Assembly (NCBI RefSeq): GCF_047721705.1
Contig: NZ_JBDNXK010000004.1
Coordinates: 2,463-66,462 of the forward strand
Source of the DNA: Acetobacter sp.
Lineage (GTDB): Bacteria; Pseudomonadota; Alphaproteobacteria; Acetobacterales; Acetobacteraceae
Direction: 5' to 3'
DNA length: 64,000 nt
Positions 45,365 through 55,780 of this stretch are shown in pieces. The notes beneath the pieces are model-generated. The model saw only the letters and a program-made list of their open reading frames with translations. It had not been told where the DNA came from and ran no database searches. Numbering within the stretch: position 1 is the stretch's first letter; each line of letters begins with the position of its first letter. The translations under genes and the position numbers were made by a program.

Positions 45365-47079
45365 TCCGGTCCCTCCGCCACCATTGTTCCCACATCATCC
45401 GGAATCATCGACAGAGCCGCCTTGTAGGCCTTGCTGTTCGTGATGAGATTGCTGGCCACTTCCAGATCCAGATCGCCACCAAGCGCCGCAGGACAGGTCT
45501 TGCGAATCTCCAGTATTCTCGACACGGGCACAGGCAGGCGCACCGAACGGGAGGCTTTCACAGCGCTACCGTCAGGCTCAAGCCCCGCACTCAGGGCATC
45601 GAACTGACGACGCGTGTCAGCCGCACCTTTGCTTGTGCAGATCTGCGGCATGACGCCCAGCCCCTGCAACGGCCAGCCAAGCGGAGCAATGACCCGGCTC
45701 CAGGTCACGAAAAGTTCACCACGATCTGGAAGCTGAGCAACCGTCTGCACCAGTCCCTTCCCCAGTGTCGCGCTCCCGATCACCACGGCCCGGCGATGAT
45801 CGGCAAGAGCGGCAGCGAGAATCTCGGCCGCGCTGGCCGTCCGGCCATCCACCAGTATCACCACCGGCAAATGCTGCGCCATGTCGCCGCCCTGCACTGC
45901 CCAGACATGGTTGGCCTGAGAATCACGCCCTTTGGTGATGGCGGCGACACCATTATCGAGCAGAAGCGCCGCAGCCGTCACAGCCTGTTGCAGGACGCCG
46001 CCCCTGTTGCCGCGCACATCAATGATCAGACCACGCAACTGCCGGTCCTGCGTCGCCTGATCGAGATACTGGCTCATTTCCTCGGCGGTTTCCGAAGAGA
46101 AGGAGGTAATCCGGATAATGACCACGGGACCCGCGTTGAACGCGAAGACCGTCTCCGGCGGCACACTGGCCCGCCTCATGGAAATGACACGTGTGCGGCG
46201 CGTGGCAGGTGAATAGAATTTGATGAAGACTTCGCTCCCCGGCTCACCGGACAGCAGGGCATTCACCTGCGCTACGGACTTGTCGACCACACTCTGCCCA
46301 TTGATCGAAACGATCCGTTCTCCAACATCCACCCCCGCCGGCCATGCGGGACCATTCGTGTTGACGGCGCTCACAACCAGATGCCGCCGCCCGGCGTTTT
46401 TGCGTCCTCGCCCCGCAGAGTCGGAAACTTCTTCTTCGATCGAAATACCGATCCCTGCGGCTCCCCCACTCCGGGCCGTGCGATCGGTGTCGGCAGGCTG
46501 AGGGCCGATATAACGGGAATAGGGATCGAGGTGATTGAAGAGTTCGTCGAAGAAGCTCTGCGTCACCCCTGCTTCACCCGCTGCTTTCAGCACTGACGAA
46601 ACATTGGACGCCGCGTCGAGAAAATCGGTGGTGAGGTCAGCCCACTCCTTCACACTGCCTTCGGGCGGCGCCACTTTTTGCAGGACGATATCCTGTCCCT
46701 GCATGAGCCTAATGCCCTCGGGCACTTCCACGACCCGGAGCGCCGGATTGAGCGCGCTGATGCCCCCCAGTCCCCACAGACAGAACTGACGTGGCGTATG
46801 CGCCTGCAAAGTGCGCGGTTCCAGAAATTCGAGGGCTGTCTGGATGACGGAGCGCAGAAGAGAGACATTGAACACGCCGTGAGAATCGCCGGACTCACTA
46901 ACTATGGCGCTCTCCTGTTCCACGGATGAGGAAGGCGTCGGAACGCGTGTGGGGGTATCCGTGCCGTTATCGACCGTAGCAGCGGCCTGTGCGCTCACAG
47001 TCGCAGCCAGCAACCACACGACAACAGCCGACAGGAGCGCAAACGCCCGCACACCGCTCATGTGCGAACGATATCGCAT
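45361..47079 (-). CDS. S41 family (C-terminal processing, PDZ-containing) peptidase
   Basis: Signal 'AFALLSAVVVWLLAATVSAQA'. PDZ-like 'GVDVGERIVSINGQSV'. S41 core 'GLIIDVRGNRGGVLQQAV', 'VILVDGRTASAAEILAAAL', 'GSATLGKGLVQT'. Start at ATG 47079, with an alternative at 47061. The longer track ORF would overlap the RNase gene. Confidence 0.8.
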   Translation of the reverse strand: MRYRSHMSGVRAFALLSAVVVWLLAATVSAQAAATVDNGTDTPTRVPTPSSSVEQESAIVSESGDSHGVFNVSLLRSVIQTALEFLEPRTLQAHTPRQFCLWGLGGISALNPALRVVEVPEGIRLMQGQDIVLQKVAPPEGSVKEWADLTTDFLDAASNVSSVLKAAGEAGVTQSFFDELFNHLDPYSRYIGPQPADTDRTARSGGAAGIGISIEEEVSDSAGRGRKNAGRRHLVVSAVNTNGPAWPAGVDVGERIVSINGQSVVDKSVAQVNALLSGEPGSEVFIKFYSPATRRTRVISMRRASVPPETVFAFNAGPVVIIRITSFSSETAEEMSQYLDQATQDRQLRGLIIDVRGNRGGVLQQAVTAAALLLDNGVAAITKGRDSQANHVWAVQGGDMAQHLPVVILVDGRTASAAEILAAALADHRRAVVIGSATLGKGLVQTVAQLPDRGELFVTWSRVIAPLGWPLQGLGVMPQICTSKGAADTRRQFDALSAGLEPDGSAVKASRSVRLPVPVSRILEIRKTCPAALGGDLDLEVASNLITNSKAYKAALSMIPDDVGTMVAEGPE

Positions 47080-47105
47080 CGTCGGCAGAGAACAGCAGCG
47101 CGCGG

Positions 47106-48971
47106 TCAAGCGGGACCAGCGGCCAACCGAAAGAGGCACCCTGATCCGTCGGCCTGAAAACCGATAACCCGCACGTGCACGCGAGACCCTTTTCTGGGAA
47201 AGAAATCCGCCGGTATAGTCTCTGAGGACGCTTCTGCGCCTGAACACGCCTCATCCCCTCTGCTCGAATCCACGTGCGGTTTCCGCTCTGCGGGTTCCGT
47301 AAATGATAGCAGACCGGTTGTCCCGGTATCCGTCAATGTGACCTGCACGCCGAACCGGGTCACGGCTGCCACATGGCCTTCGAACACCTTCGTCCGGTGA
47401 CTATTCAGCCACAGTAACAGCAGGCGCTCCCGTGCCGTCGCCGATATTTCGGTCGCCACAGCGTCCGTCACAGACAGATGGGAGGGAAGTTCCGCCAATG
47501 ACAGGGAGGTTTCCGCCTTTTCTTCCAAAAGAGCGCGATGGCAGATCAGATCAGCATAGCGCCGGATCGGACTGGTGACATGGGCATAAACATCCAGCCC
47601 CAACCCCGCATGACGACCAGCCAACACGCTGTACACAGCAGGAACACGGAGCGTCGCGCTGCTGCCATCAACAGAATCGTGACGACGAAACAGAGCGCGA
47701 GCGCCCCGCTCCAGCAATGTCCGTGATGCGGCTTCTCCAGCCGCAATCATGAAGGATTCGATCAGTTTCTGGCTTTCATGAGGTCTCGCTTCGACGATCT
47801 GGACTGTTTTCGTGTCGGGATCACAGTGAATTTCCTGTGTCACCCCCTCTTCGCCAGCCGGTAGACAGCCCCGTCGCACGCGCTCAGCGGACAGAAGCCG
47901 ATGGGCCGCATAAAGACCGTCCAGCCATTCTTCATCAAACCCAGCAGGGAGAACCCTCTCTCCATCCCGCATCGCCTGCACCTGCTCGTATGTCAGTCGG
48001 GCACGGCTTCTCATCAGGGCGCGACAAATGTTTGGTGAACCTGTCAGCTGCCCATGGTGGTTGATGCGCAGATCAAACAGAACGCAGTAACGGTCTGCAT
48101 TGGGTTTGAGCGAACACAGCTCTTCCGACAGGAAGGGCGGCAGCATCGGGATGACGCGATCCGGCAGGTAAATCGAGTTTCCGCGCCGTCGCGCTTCGCG
48201 GTTCAGCGCCGAACCGGGGGGGACGTAGTGCGCCACATCCGCAATCGCCACAAGTAGACGGAAACCATCCCTCTCCGGTGCAGCCCAGATTGCATCATCG
48301 AAATCCCGCGCATTCGCACCGTCTATCGTGACGAATGGAATATCCCGCACATCCAGTCGCGTACCGTCATCGACGGGAGCAGAAAGACACGCAGCCTCCC
48401 GCATGACATCATCGGGAAAAGAGTCTGACAGGCCATAGCGTGCCAGCAACGCATCAATTACTGCGACCGGGTCATCCTGACAGGCCGAGTTCAGCACATC
48501 GGCTTCCGTGCTTTTTCGTTGAAGAATCCGTCCTTCATAACGATATCTGCCAACCGAGCGCAGGCGCGCCAGTACCGACTGACCAGCCAACTGCAAGGGT
48601 TCATGCGGCTGTTCTTTATGAAGGAAAACGATCGGCAAAGCGCCAGCTTCCGCTGCCCATAGCCCCAACGGCTCGCTGGGCGCTATCCGTCCCACCGGCG
48701 CACCGTGTATGTCTCGACCTGTCACGATGATATCAGCCAGCAACGGTAGATCAGGCTCGCCACGCAGCTTTCCCAGCAAGGCGGCATCGCGAAAAGCGCC
48801 CGATGCCGCCTGCTCATGCAAAAGTTTGCGCAGTCTGATCTTCAGATTCGGCGGCAGACCAAGACGCCGCAGCAACTGGCCGACCGTCAGCGGCTTGAGG
48901 CTCTCACGGAGCGCATCGAGAGCCACCTCCGGATCGGGCAGAGCCGCCAGACGACGCGCCCCGTCAGCCAT
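47106..48971 (-). CDS. rnr: RNB-domain 3'-5' exoribonuclease (RNase R/II family)
   Basis: 'FVTIDGANARDFDDAIWA', 'VAIADVAHYV', 'SIYLPDRVIPMLP', 'HVTSPIRRYADLICHR', and a C-terminal S1-like 'FEGHVAAVTRFGVQVTL'. At 621 aa it is shorter than classic RNase R. Confidence 0.88.
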   Translation of the reverse strand: MADGARRLAALPDPEVALDALRESLKPLTVGQLLRRLGLPPNLKIRLRKLLHEQAASGAFRDAALLGKLRGEPDLPLLADIIVTGRDIHGAPVGRIAPSEPLGLWAAEAGALPIVFLHKEQPHEPLQLAGQSVLARLRSVGRYRYEGRILQRKSTEADVLNSACQDDPVAVIDALLARYGLSDSFPDDVMREAACLSAPVDDGTRLDVRDIPFVTIDGANARDFDDAIWAAPERDGFRLLVAIADVAHYVPPGSALNREARRRGNSIYLPDRVIPMLPPFLSEELCSLKPNADRYCVLFDLRINHHGQLTGSPNICRALMRSRARLTYEQVQAMRDGERVLPAGFDEEWLDGLYAAHRLLSAERVRRGCLPAGEEGVTQEIHCDPDTKTVQIVEARPHESQKLIESFMIAAGEAASRTLLERGARALFRRHDSVDGSSATLRVPAVYSVLAGRHAGLGLDVYAHVTSPIRRYADLICHRALLEEKAETSLSLAELPSHLSVTDAVATEISATARERLLLLWLNSHRTKVFEGHVAAVTRFGVQVTLTDTGTTGLLSFTEPAERKPHVDSSRGDEACSGAEASSETIPADFFPRKGSRVHVRVIGFQADGSGCLFRLAAGPA

Positions 48972-51670
48972 CAGTCGGCAGAGGCGTCGTCCTTCGCCTT
49001 TGTCGTCTTTTTGGCGCGGGTTGCAGTTGTGGTCTTGGCTTTGGTCTTCGTCGCCTTCTTGGCGGGCTTTTTCTCCGCGTCGCCTTCGGCCTTCGCCTTG
49101 CTCTTTGTTGTCTTCGCGGCAGTTTTGGTCGTCTTCTTCGCCCCGGCCTTCCCTTTTGGCTTCAGCGGCTTGCCCTTTTCGGCAAGAAGCTCCAGCGCAC
49201 CGTCCAGAGTGACATCGTCCATATTCTCGCCGCGCGGGAGATTGGCGACCACCTGCCCATGCTGGACATACGGCCCGAAACGGCCCTTGCGGACCATTAC
49301 CGGCTCGCCATCCTTGGGATGCGGCCCCAGATTGCGGATCGACGCCATCTTCTTAGCCAGCGCATCAACCGCCCTGTTCAGCCCGACCGTAAGAACGTCA
49401 TCGTCCTTGTCCAGCGAGCCGTATATGGCGCCCATTTTGACGTAGGGTCCGAAACGGCCGAGACCGGCCTCGATCGGTTCATTGAACTCGGGATGAATGC
49501 CGATAATACGCGGCAGACTAAGCAGACCGACAGCCTGCTCCAGTGTCAGATTTTCGGCCGTCAGACCGCGCGGCAACGATGCACGCTTCGGCTTGGCTTT
49601 TTTGTCTTCGGGGTTGGGCTCGCCCTGCTGGACATAAAGCCCCCACGGACCACGCTTGAGGGTGATATCCTCGCCCGTGACCGGATGCTGACCAAGAACC
49701 TTGACCCCGTCCTTCAGCCCGTCTTCGCCTTCACTCTCGCCACCATCGATCGCGAGTTTCCGGGTGTACTGACACTCAGGATAATTCGAACAGCCGATAA
49801 AGGCACCGAAACGACCAAGTTTCAGACCGAGACGCCCCGTGCCGCAGGCCGTGCAGTGACGTGGATCGGAACCATCCGCGTGCGGTGGAAAGAAGTGCGA
49901 TCCCAGATCCTGATCGAGCGCGTCGATCACCTCGGTGATGGTGAGGTCTTTCGTCTGCGCCACGGCTGCGGAAAACGCCTGCCAGAAAGCGCTCATCACA
50001 GCACGCCAGTCGGCACGCCCACCGGAGATGTCGTCGAGCTGCTCTTCAAGCCCTGCCGTGAACTGCGTGTCCACGTAGCGTTCGAAGAAGGATACGAGGA
50101 AAGCCGTCACCAGACGACCGCGATCCTCCGGCACAAAACGGCGATTTTCCAGCCGCACATAATTGCGGTCCCGCAACACGGTGAGAATGGACGCATAGGT
50201 GGAAGGACGGCCGATGCCGATCTCTTCCATCTTCTTGACCAGAGACGCTTCCGAATAACGCGGCGGCGGCTGCGTGAAATGCTGCTCCGCTTCCACCTTT
50301 TCGCGTTTGACCGGATCACGCTCGCTCATGGGCGGCAACATGCGGCTCTCATCGTCCGCTGCCTTGTCCGTATCGTCCCGACCTTCCGAATACAGCTTCA
50401 GGAAGCCGTCAAAAGCGATGATCGAACCATTAGCACGCAGCACGGTTTTTCCGGGCTGGTCGGCGATATCAACCGCCACCTGATCAAGTTCCGCGGACTG
50501 CATCTGACTGGCGACGGCACGCTTCCAGACCAGCTCATAAAGACGCCGCTGATCTTCCGTCAGGTAACGCGCGACGGAGGCAGGGGTGCGGCTCACATCG
50601 GTCGGACGGACGGCTTCATGCGCTTCCTGCGCATTCTTGGCCTTTGTCGCATAGACGCGTGGCTGCGGCGGCACATAATTGGGACCGAAATCCTTGCCGA
50701 TATGACGACGGATATCGGCAATCGCCTCACCCGCCATCGTCACGCCGTCGGTTCGCATATAGGTGATGAGACCGACCGTCTCACCGCCAAGATCAATACC
50801 TTCGTAAAGTTGCTGAGCCGTGCGCATGGTGTTCTGCGCCCCCATGCCCAGCTTGCGGGAGGCTTCCTGCTGCATGGTGGAGGTGGTGAACGGCGGCGGT
50901 GGATTCCGCTTGACCTTCTTGCGCTCAACCGAACCGACCGAGAACGTACCCGCCAGCACGGCGTCACGTGCGGCATGCGCCTGCTCTTCATTCCCCAGAT
51001 CGAACTGATCGAGCTTCTTGCCGTTGAAATGCGTCAGACGCGCGGTGAAAGGCGCTCCGGCGGGCGTGAGGAATGTCGCGGTGACACTCCAGTATTCACG
51101 CGGCTTGAAGACCTCGATCTCGGCTTCGCGCTCACAGATCAGCCGGAGCGCCACCGACTGCACGCGCCCGGCGCTTTTCGAGCCGGGTAGCTTGCGCCAC
51201 AGCACCGGAGAGAGCGTGAACCCCACGAGATAGTCCAGCGCACGGCGGGCAAGGTAAGCCTCGATCAGCGGCATATCGAGATCGCGCGGATGCGCCATCG
51301 CCTCGCGGATCGCGCCCTTGGTGATCTCGTTGAAGGTGACACGCCGGACCTCGACGCCCTTCAGCGCCTTCTTCTCTTCCAGCATGGCACGCACATGCCA
51401 CGAGATCGCCTCGCCTTCGCGATCCGGGTCAGTGGCGAGATAAAGCGTGTGCGCGCCCTTCAGCGCCTTGACGATCGCCGCCACCTGTTTCTGTCCGCGC
51501 TCGTCGGACTGCCACTTCATGGCGAAATCTTCATCCGGCAGAACGGACCCGTCCTTGGGCGGCAGATCGCGCACATGCCCAAAAGAGGCGAGAACGGTGT
51601 AACCGTCACCAAGGTATTTGTTGATGGTCTTTGCCTTGGCAGGCGACTCAACCACGACAACGTCAGTCAT
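48971..51670 (-). CDS. topA: DNA topoisomerase I
   Basis: 'VVVESPAKAKTINKYLG', 'ATDPDREGEAISWH', 'LYEG...ITYMRTDG' (catalytic Tyr), and Zn-ribbon-like 'CTACGTGRL...CSNYPEC'. The C-terminal tail is Lys/Thr/Ala-rich. Confidence 0.97.
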   Translation of the reverse strand: MTDVVVVESPAKAKTINKYLGDGYTVLASFGHVRDLPPKDGSVLPDEDFAMKWQSDERGQKQVAAIVKALKGAHTLYLATDPDREGEAISWHVRAMLEEKKALKGVEVRRVTFNEITKGAIREAMAHPRDLDMPLIEAYLARRALDYLVGFTLSPVLWRKLPGSKSAGRVQSVALRLICEREAEIEVFKPREYWSVTATFLTPAGAPFTARLTHFNGKKLDQFDLGNEEQAHAARDAVLAGTFSVGSVERKKVKRNPPPPFTTSTMQQEASRKLGMGAQNTMRTAQQLYEGIDLGGETVGLITYMRTDGVTMAGEAIADIRRHIGKDFGPNYVPPQPRVYATKAKNAQEAHEAVRPTDVSRTPASVARYLTEDQRRLYELVWKRAVASQMQSAELDQVAVDIADQPGKTVLRANGSIIAFDGFLKLYSEGRDDTDKAADDESRMLPPMSERDPVKREKVEAEQHFTQPPPRYSEASLVKKMEEIGIGRPSTYASILTVLRDRNYVRLENRRFVPEDRGRLVTAFLVSFFERYVDTQFTAGLEEQLDDISGGRADWRAVMSAFWQAFSAAVAQTKDLTITEVIDALDQDLGSHFFPPHADGSDPRHCTACGTGRLGLKLGRFGAFIGCSNYPECQYTRKLAIDGGESEGEDGLKDGVKVLGQHPVTGEDITLKRGPWGLYVQQGEPNPEDKKAKPKRASLPRGLTAENLTLEQAVGLLSLPRIIGIHPEFNEPIEAGLGRFGPYVKMGAIYGSLDKDDDVLTVGLNRAVDALAKKMASIRNLGPHPKDGEPVMVRKGRFGPYVQHGQVVANLPRGENMDDVTLDGALELLAEKGKPLKPKGKAGAKKTTKTAAKTTKSKAKAEGDAEKKPAKKATKTKAKTTTATRAKKTTKAKDDASAD

Positions 51671-51706
51671 GCTCTCTCCGTGCCAGTCCGGACCGGAGCG
51701 TATGAT

Positions 51707-52870
51707 TCACCCGGTTCCGTCTGGCGCCAACTGGACAACGGCTCCACCGGGCAGCATCTCTGCCCGACCGGCAAGCTCAAGTTCGGTGAGCACCGCCAGA
51801 ACCGCCGAGACCGAGAACTGACAGCGCCGCACCAGATCGTCAACCGGGACCGGTGTGAAGGAGAGAAGTGAACAAATCATTCTCCTCGCTTCCTCAAGGT
51901 CCTTTTCCTGCTTCAGGGGCGGAGCGCCCCAAGCATCCCGCGTTTCAGCGAGCCCGGCAAACAGAGTTCCGGCTGCCCGATCAGGATGGCGAAGATAAGG
52001 CAGTATATCCTTGATGGTTTCAACCAGATGATTGTGACGGCGCAAAAGGTCGTTACTGCCACGACAGCGCGGATCAAGCGGCGAGCCCGGAACGGCGAAC
52101 ACCGCGCGGCTGTAGCGATCCGCCAGTTGCGCGGTGATCAGACTGCCCGAGTGCATGGCCGCCTCCACCACGACGGTGCCAAGCGAAAGCCCAGCTATCA
52201 ACCGGTTGCGACGGGGAAAATGACGGGCCTGAGGCTGCGTGCCAAGCGGCGCTTCCGTCACCACGGCCCCTTTTTCCGCAATCTGCGCCTGAAGCTGGGC
52301 GTTCTCGGCGGGATAGCTCACATCCAGCCCACCCGCTATGGCCGCGACCGTCCCGCCCCATTCGGGAAATACGCCATGCAGCGCGCCACGATGGGCCGCC
52401 GCGTCGATCCCCCGCGCCAGCCCCGAAACCACGGTAATCCCGGCATGAGAAAGCTCAGTCGCAAGGCTTTCCGCGACCCGCATTCCGGCTGCCGACGCGT
52501 TCCTTGCCCCAACGATTCCCACACTGCGCGGGGCATTGAGGCAGACCACATTGCCCAACACTGAGAGAATCGGCGGCGAGTCCGGCACTTCGGCCAGCAA
52601 GGGAGGATAATCAGGATCGAAGAGGGTGAGAATGCGACCACCCAAGGCCAGAACGCCTTCGATCTCGCGTTCCACCTCACCCATTTCCGGGATTTTCAGC
52701 GGACCTTTGCGGCCGCCTCGTCGCGCCTTTTCAGGCAGGGCATTCAACGCGTCCTCTGCGGACTGATGCTCGTTCATCAGCCTGCGCCATGTAATCGGTC
52801 CGACGTTTTCTGTCCGGGCCAGTCGCATCAGCGCCGGTAGTTCGGGATTGATTTCCCCCGTCACGCTCAC
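51707..52870 (-). CDS. dprA: DNA-processing protein DprA (Smf)
   Basis: 'VGIVGARNASAAG', 'VSGLARGIDAAAHRGAL', 'TVAAIAGGLDVSYPAEN', 'GSLITAQLA'. GTG start in a GTGA overlap with the plsY stop. Confidence 0.92.
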   Translation of the reverse strand: MSVTGEINPELPALMRLARTENVGPITWRRLMNEHQSAEDALNALPEKARRGGRKGPLKIPEMGEVEREIEGVLALGGRILTLFDPDYPPLLAEVPDSPPILSVLGNVVCLNAPRSVGIVGARNASAAGMRVAESLATELSHAGITVVSGLARGIDAAAHRGALHGVFPEWGGTVAAIAGGLDVSYPAENAQLQAQIAEKGAVVTEAPLGTQPQARHFPRRNRLIAGLSLGTVVVEAAMHSGSLITAQLADRYSRAVFAVPGSPLDPRCRGSNDLLRRHNHLVETIKDILPYLRHPDRAAGTLFAGLAETRDAWGAPPLKQEKDLEEARRMICSLLSFTPVPVDDLVRRCQFSVSAVLAVLTELELAGRAEMLPGGAVVQLAPDGTG

Positions 52871-53505
52871 TTCGAGGATTGGCCGATCTTTGGCTCGGTG
52901 CCCTGTATCAGCCGGGAGATATTGTCACGATGGCGCATGAAAATGATGAGCGCGACCATGACGCCTGCCAGTGGCTTTTCTGACTGCGTAAAGGAATGAC
53001 CATTCAGGAAAAACAGGATGACCGGCATACAGGCAAAAGCGAGCAGCGCTCCTGCCGAGGAAATACGAGTCACCTTCGCGCCGATAAGCCAGATCAGGCA
53101 GCAGGCCAGTCCCGCCAGCGGCGACATGGCCAGCACCACGCCAAGCCCGGTCGCAACGCCTTTTCCGCCCTTGAACCCCAGCCACAGCGGGAAACAGTGG
53201 CCCAGCACGGCGAAAATGGCCGCCAGCGCCGCAGCACGATCCCCGAGTTCCGGCGGTGTCATCACCCACGCGATGAGAACGGCCAGCGCGCCTTTCAGCC
53301 CGTCGCAAAGGAGCGTGGCTGCGGCGATCTTCTTGTTGCCGGTGCGCAGAACGTTGGTCGCGCCGATATTGCCCGACCCGATCTTGCGAATATCGCCCTG
53401 CCCGGAGGCCGCCGTCAGCAGCAGCCCGAAAGGAATGCTTCCCAGCATGTAGGACAGCAGCATCACCCCGACGAGCAGCGTGACGGGAGACTCGAAAAAG
53501 TTCAC
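52867..53505 (-). CDS. plsY: Glycerol-3-phosphate acyltransferase PlsY
   Basis: 'YMLGSIPFGLLL', 'IRKIGSGNIGATNVLRTGNKK', 'KGGKGVAT'. The GTG at 53505 forms a GTGA overlap with the pyrC' stop. The track start at 53541 would add 12 residues. Confidence 0.9.
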   Translation of the reverse strand: MNFFESPVTLLVGVMLLSYMLGSIPFGLLLTAASGQGDIRKIGSGNIGATNVLRTGNKKIAAATLLCDGLKGALAVLIAWVMTPPELGDRAAALAAIFAVLGHCFPLWLGFKGGKGVATGLGVVLAMSPLAGLACCLIWLIGAKVTRISSAGALLAFACMPVILFFLNGHSFTQSEKPLAGVMVALIIFMRHRDNISRLIQGTEPKIGQSSK

Positions 53506-54824
53506 GCCGCGCCTCCGAACACACGCCGACCGTTCTTCCACGTGGAAAGCACCCGACCTTCGAGCGCGCGCCCGTCAAACGGCGTGTTCTGTGCGTGTCC
53601 CGGCAGTTCTCCCGCCACCACACGCCAGGCCCGATCCGGGTCGAACAGGCATAGATCAGCAGGGACGCCCTTCCCCAATGTGCCGACAGGCCGCGCATGG
53701 TGACGTGCCGCTGGACCGGACACGCCCAGAAGAGCAGCTGGCTTGTTGGTCAGAAGCGACAGCGCATCCATGAGAGAGAGTGTGCCGTCATGATAACGGG
53801 TCAGTGTGACGCCCAGCAGCGTCGCGAGCCCCGTTCCCCCTGCTGAAGCCTGCGCGAACGGTAGCCGCTTGTCATCGGCATCCCGAGGCGCGTGATCGGA
53901 AGCGATGACGTCGATCGTGCCGTCCGCCAACGCGGCGCAGATGGCCAGACGATCCTCTTCACGACGCAATGGCGGTGAAAACTTCGCGTATGTCCGGAAG
54001 TCGCCGATAGCGTTCTCGTTCAGGTCGAAATACTGTGGCGCCGTATCGCAGGTGACACGGATACCGCGCGCCTTGGCCTGACGAATCAGTTCAACGCCTT
54101 CCCCCGTCGAGACATGCCCGAAATGCAGCCTACCTCCCGTCATTTCCACCAGACGGATATCGCGGGCGATCATGATCGCTTCTGCCGCCGTCGGAATTCC
54201 CGGCAGGCCGAGACGCAGGGCAAGCTCACCCTCCGTGGCGCAACCTGACCCGGCAAGCGTCGGCTCCTCGGGGTGCTGCACCACCAGCGCGTCGAATGCC
54301 TGCGCGTAGGTCAACGCCAGTTTCATCTGACGCGCTGAGGAAATGGCCCGACAGCCATCGGTGAACGCCACCGCACCAGCTTCTGAAAGCAGACCCATCT
54401 CGGCCAGTTCTTCACCACGGCAGCCTTTGGTCAGCGCACCGTATGGGAGGATGGACACATAGTCAGGCTCTTCCCCACGAAAACGGAGCATCCGCACCAT
54501 CGCGGGATCGTCGATAGGAGGCGACCCCGTTGGCAGTACGGCGACGGTCGTCACACCACCGGCAAAGGCAGCACGTGAAGCGGATTTGACCGTCTCACGA
54601 TATTCATGCCCCGGCTCGCCAATCTCGACACGCATGTCGACAAGACCGGGGCACAGAACAGCACCCTGCCCGTCCACAACCTCCGCGCCTTCCGGCTTGC
54701 CTTCTGCTCCCGGCAGGTCATGACCGACAATCACGCCATCCCGCACCAGCAGACGACCGGGCTGGTCCAGTCCCGCAGCCGGATCGATCAGACGGACATT
54801 CTCGAAAACGGTGCAGGTGCTCAT
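53502..54824 (-). CDS. pyrC: Dihydroorotase-like protein, probably non-catalytic PyrC'
   Basis: A type-I DHOase scaffold is present ('IASDHAPRD', '[12 protein letters not shown]'). However, the canonical 'PGxxDxHVHLREPG' motif reads '[14 protein letters not shown]', so both HxH metal-ligand histidines are replaced (R65, E67). Confidence 0.88.
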   Translation of the reverse strand: MSTCTVFENVRLIDPAAGLDQPGRLLVRDGVIVGHDLPGAEGKPEGAEVVDGQGAVLCPGLVDMRVEIGEPGHEYRETVKSASRAAFAGGVTTVAVLPTGSPPIDDPAMVRMLRFRGEEPDYVSILPYGALTKGCRGEELAEMGLLSEAGAVAFTDGCRAISSARQMKLALTYAQAFDALVVQHPEEPTLAGSGCATEGELALRLGLPGIPTAAEAIMIARDIRLVEMTGGRLHFGHVSTGEGVELIRQAKARGIRVTCDTAPQYFDLNENAIGDFRTYAKFSPPLRREEDRLAICAALADGTIDVIASDHAPRDADDKRLPFAQASAGGTGLATLLGVTLTRYHDGTLSLMDALSLLTNKPAALLGVSGPAARHHARPVGTLGKGVPADLCLFDPDRAWRVVAGELPGHAQNTPFDGRALEGRVLSTWKNGRRVFGGAA

Positions 54825-55780
54825 GACCGACCTCCACGGGACAGACGATCAAGCACGGCCATGCGCACGGCGACTCCCATCTCCACCTGTTCACGAATCA
54901 CGCTCTGATCGGAATCCGCAATCTGGCTGGCGATCTCCACGCCACGGTTCATCGGGCCGGGATGCATGACCAGCGCGCCGGGTTTCGCCAGATCGAGCCG
55001 CCGCTGATCCAAGCCGTAATAACGGAAATACTCACGGGCGCTGGGGATCAGACCGCCGGACATGCGCTCCTTCTGAAGACGCAGCATCATCACCACATCG
55101 GCGTCACGCAAACCGGTTTCCATGGAATGATGTACTTCAACACCAAGGCTCGCCATGGAACGCGGCACTAGCGTCGGAGGACCGACCAGACGGACCTTGT
55201 TGGCCATGGAGGTCAGCAAATGGATGTTGGACCGCGCCACACGGGAATGGGCGATGTCTCCACAAATGGCGACGGTCAGCCCTTCCAGACGCCCCAGATG
55301 GCGACGGATAGTCAGTGCATCCAGCAGCGCCTGCGTCGGGTGCTCATGCGTGCCATCGCCTGCATTGATGACGGCGGCATCAACCTTCTGCGCCAGCAAC
55401 GCCGGTGCGCCGGACTGCGAATGACGCACCACCAGCAGATCGGTGCGCATGGCGTTCAGCGTCGCCGCCGTGTCCAGCAGGGTCTCGCCCTTGTTCACGG
55501 AAGACTGCGCGACCGACATGTTCACCACGTCAGCGCCAAGACGCTTGCCCGCCAACTCGAAGGACGTACGCGTGCGCGTGCTGTCCTCGAAGAACAGGTT
55601 GATGAGCGTGCGCCCACGCAGCAGATCGCGCGGTGTCTTACGGGAGCGACTCAGGAGCACATAGCTTTCGGCCAGATCGAGAATCGGTTCGATCTGGGAC
55701 GGGTGCATCCCCTGAATCCCCAGCAGATGACGGCCCGAGGGACCGAAAAAACGGGAGCCCCCGGACGACGTCTCAGCCAT
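54821..55780 (-). CDS. pyrB: Aspartate carbamoyltransferase catalytic subunit
   Basis: '[20 protein letters not shown]', 'RHSQSGA', '[10 protein letters not shown]', '[11 protein letters not shown]'. Confidence 0.96.
   Translation of the reverse strand: MAETSSGGSRFFGPSGRHLLGIQGMHPSQIEPILDLAESYVLLSRSRKTPRDLLRGRTLINLFFEDSTRTRTSFELAGKRLGADVVNMSVAQSSVNKGETLLDTAATLNAMRTDLLVVRHSQSGAPALLAQKVDAAVINAGDGTHEHPTQALLDALTIRRHLGRLEGLTVAICGDIAHSRVARSNIHLLTSMANKVRLVGPPTLVPRSMASLGVEVHHSMETGLRDADVVMMLRLQKERMSGGLIPSAREYFRYYGLDQRRLDLAKPGALVMHPGPMNRGVEIASQIADSDQSVIREQVEMGVAVRMAVLDRLSRGGRS

Noticed and set aside
48974-49200. Repetitive GTCTTC/TTGGC-rich DNA
   Set aside because: It is the coding sequence of the Lys/Thr/Ala-rich C-terminal tail of TopA on the - strand. 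It is not a tandem repeat array or a CRISPR.
49259-51190. 643-aa + strand ORF
   Set aside because: It is entirely antisense to topA, which has unambiguous motifs. The product is Arg/His/Gly-rich low-complexity sequence, typical of GC-rich antisense frames.
52925-53703. 257-aa (-) and 235-aa (+) ORFs overlapping plsY
   Set aside because: They are alternative frames or the antisense strand of plsY and pyrC'. The plsY frame carries the 'GSGNIGATN' motif, and these do not.
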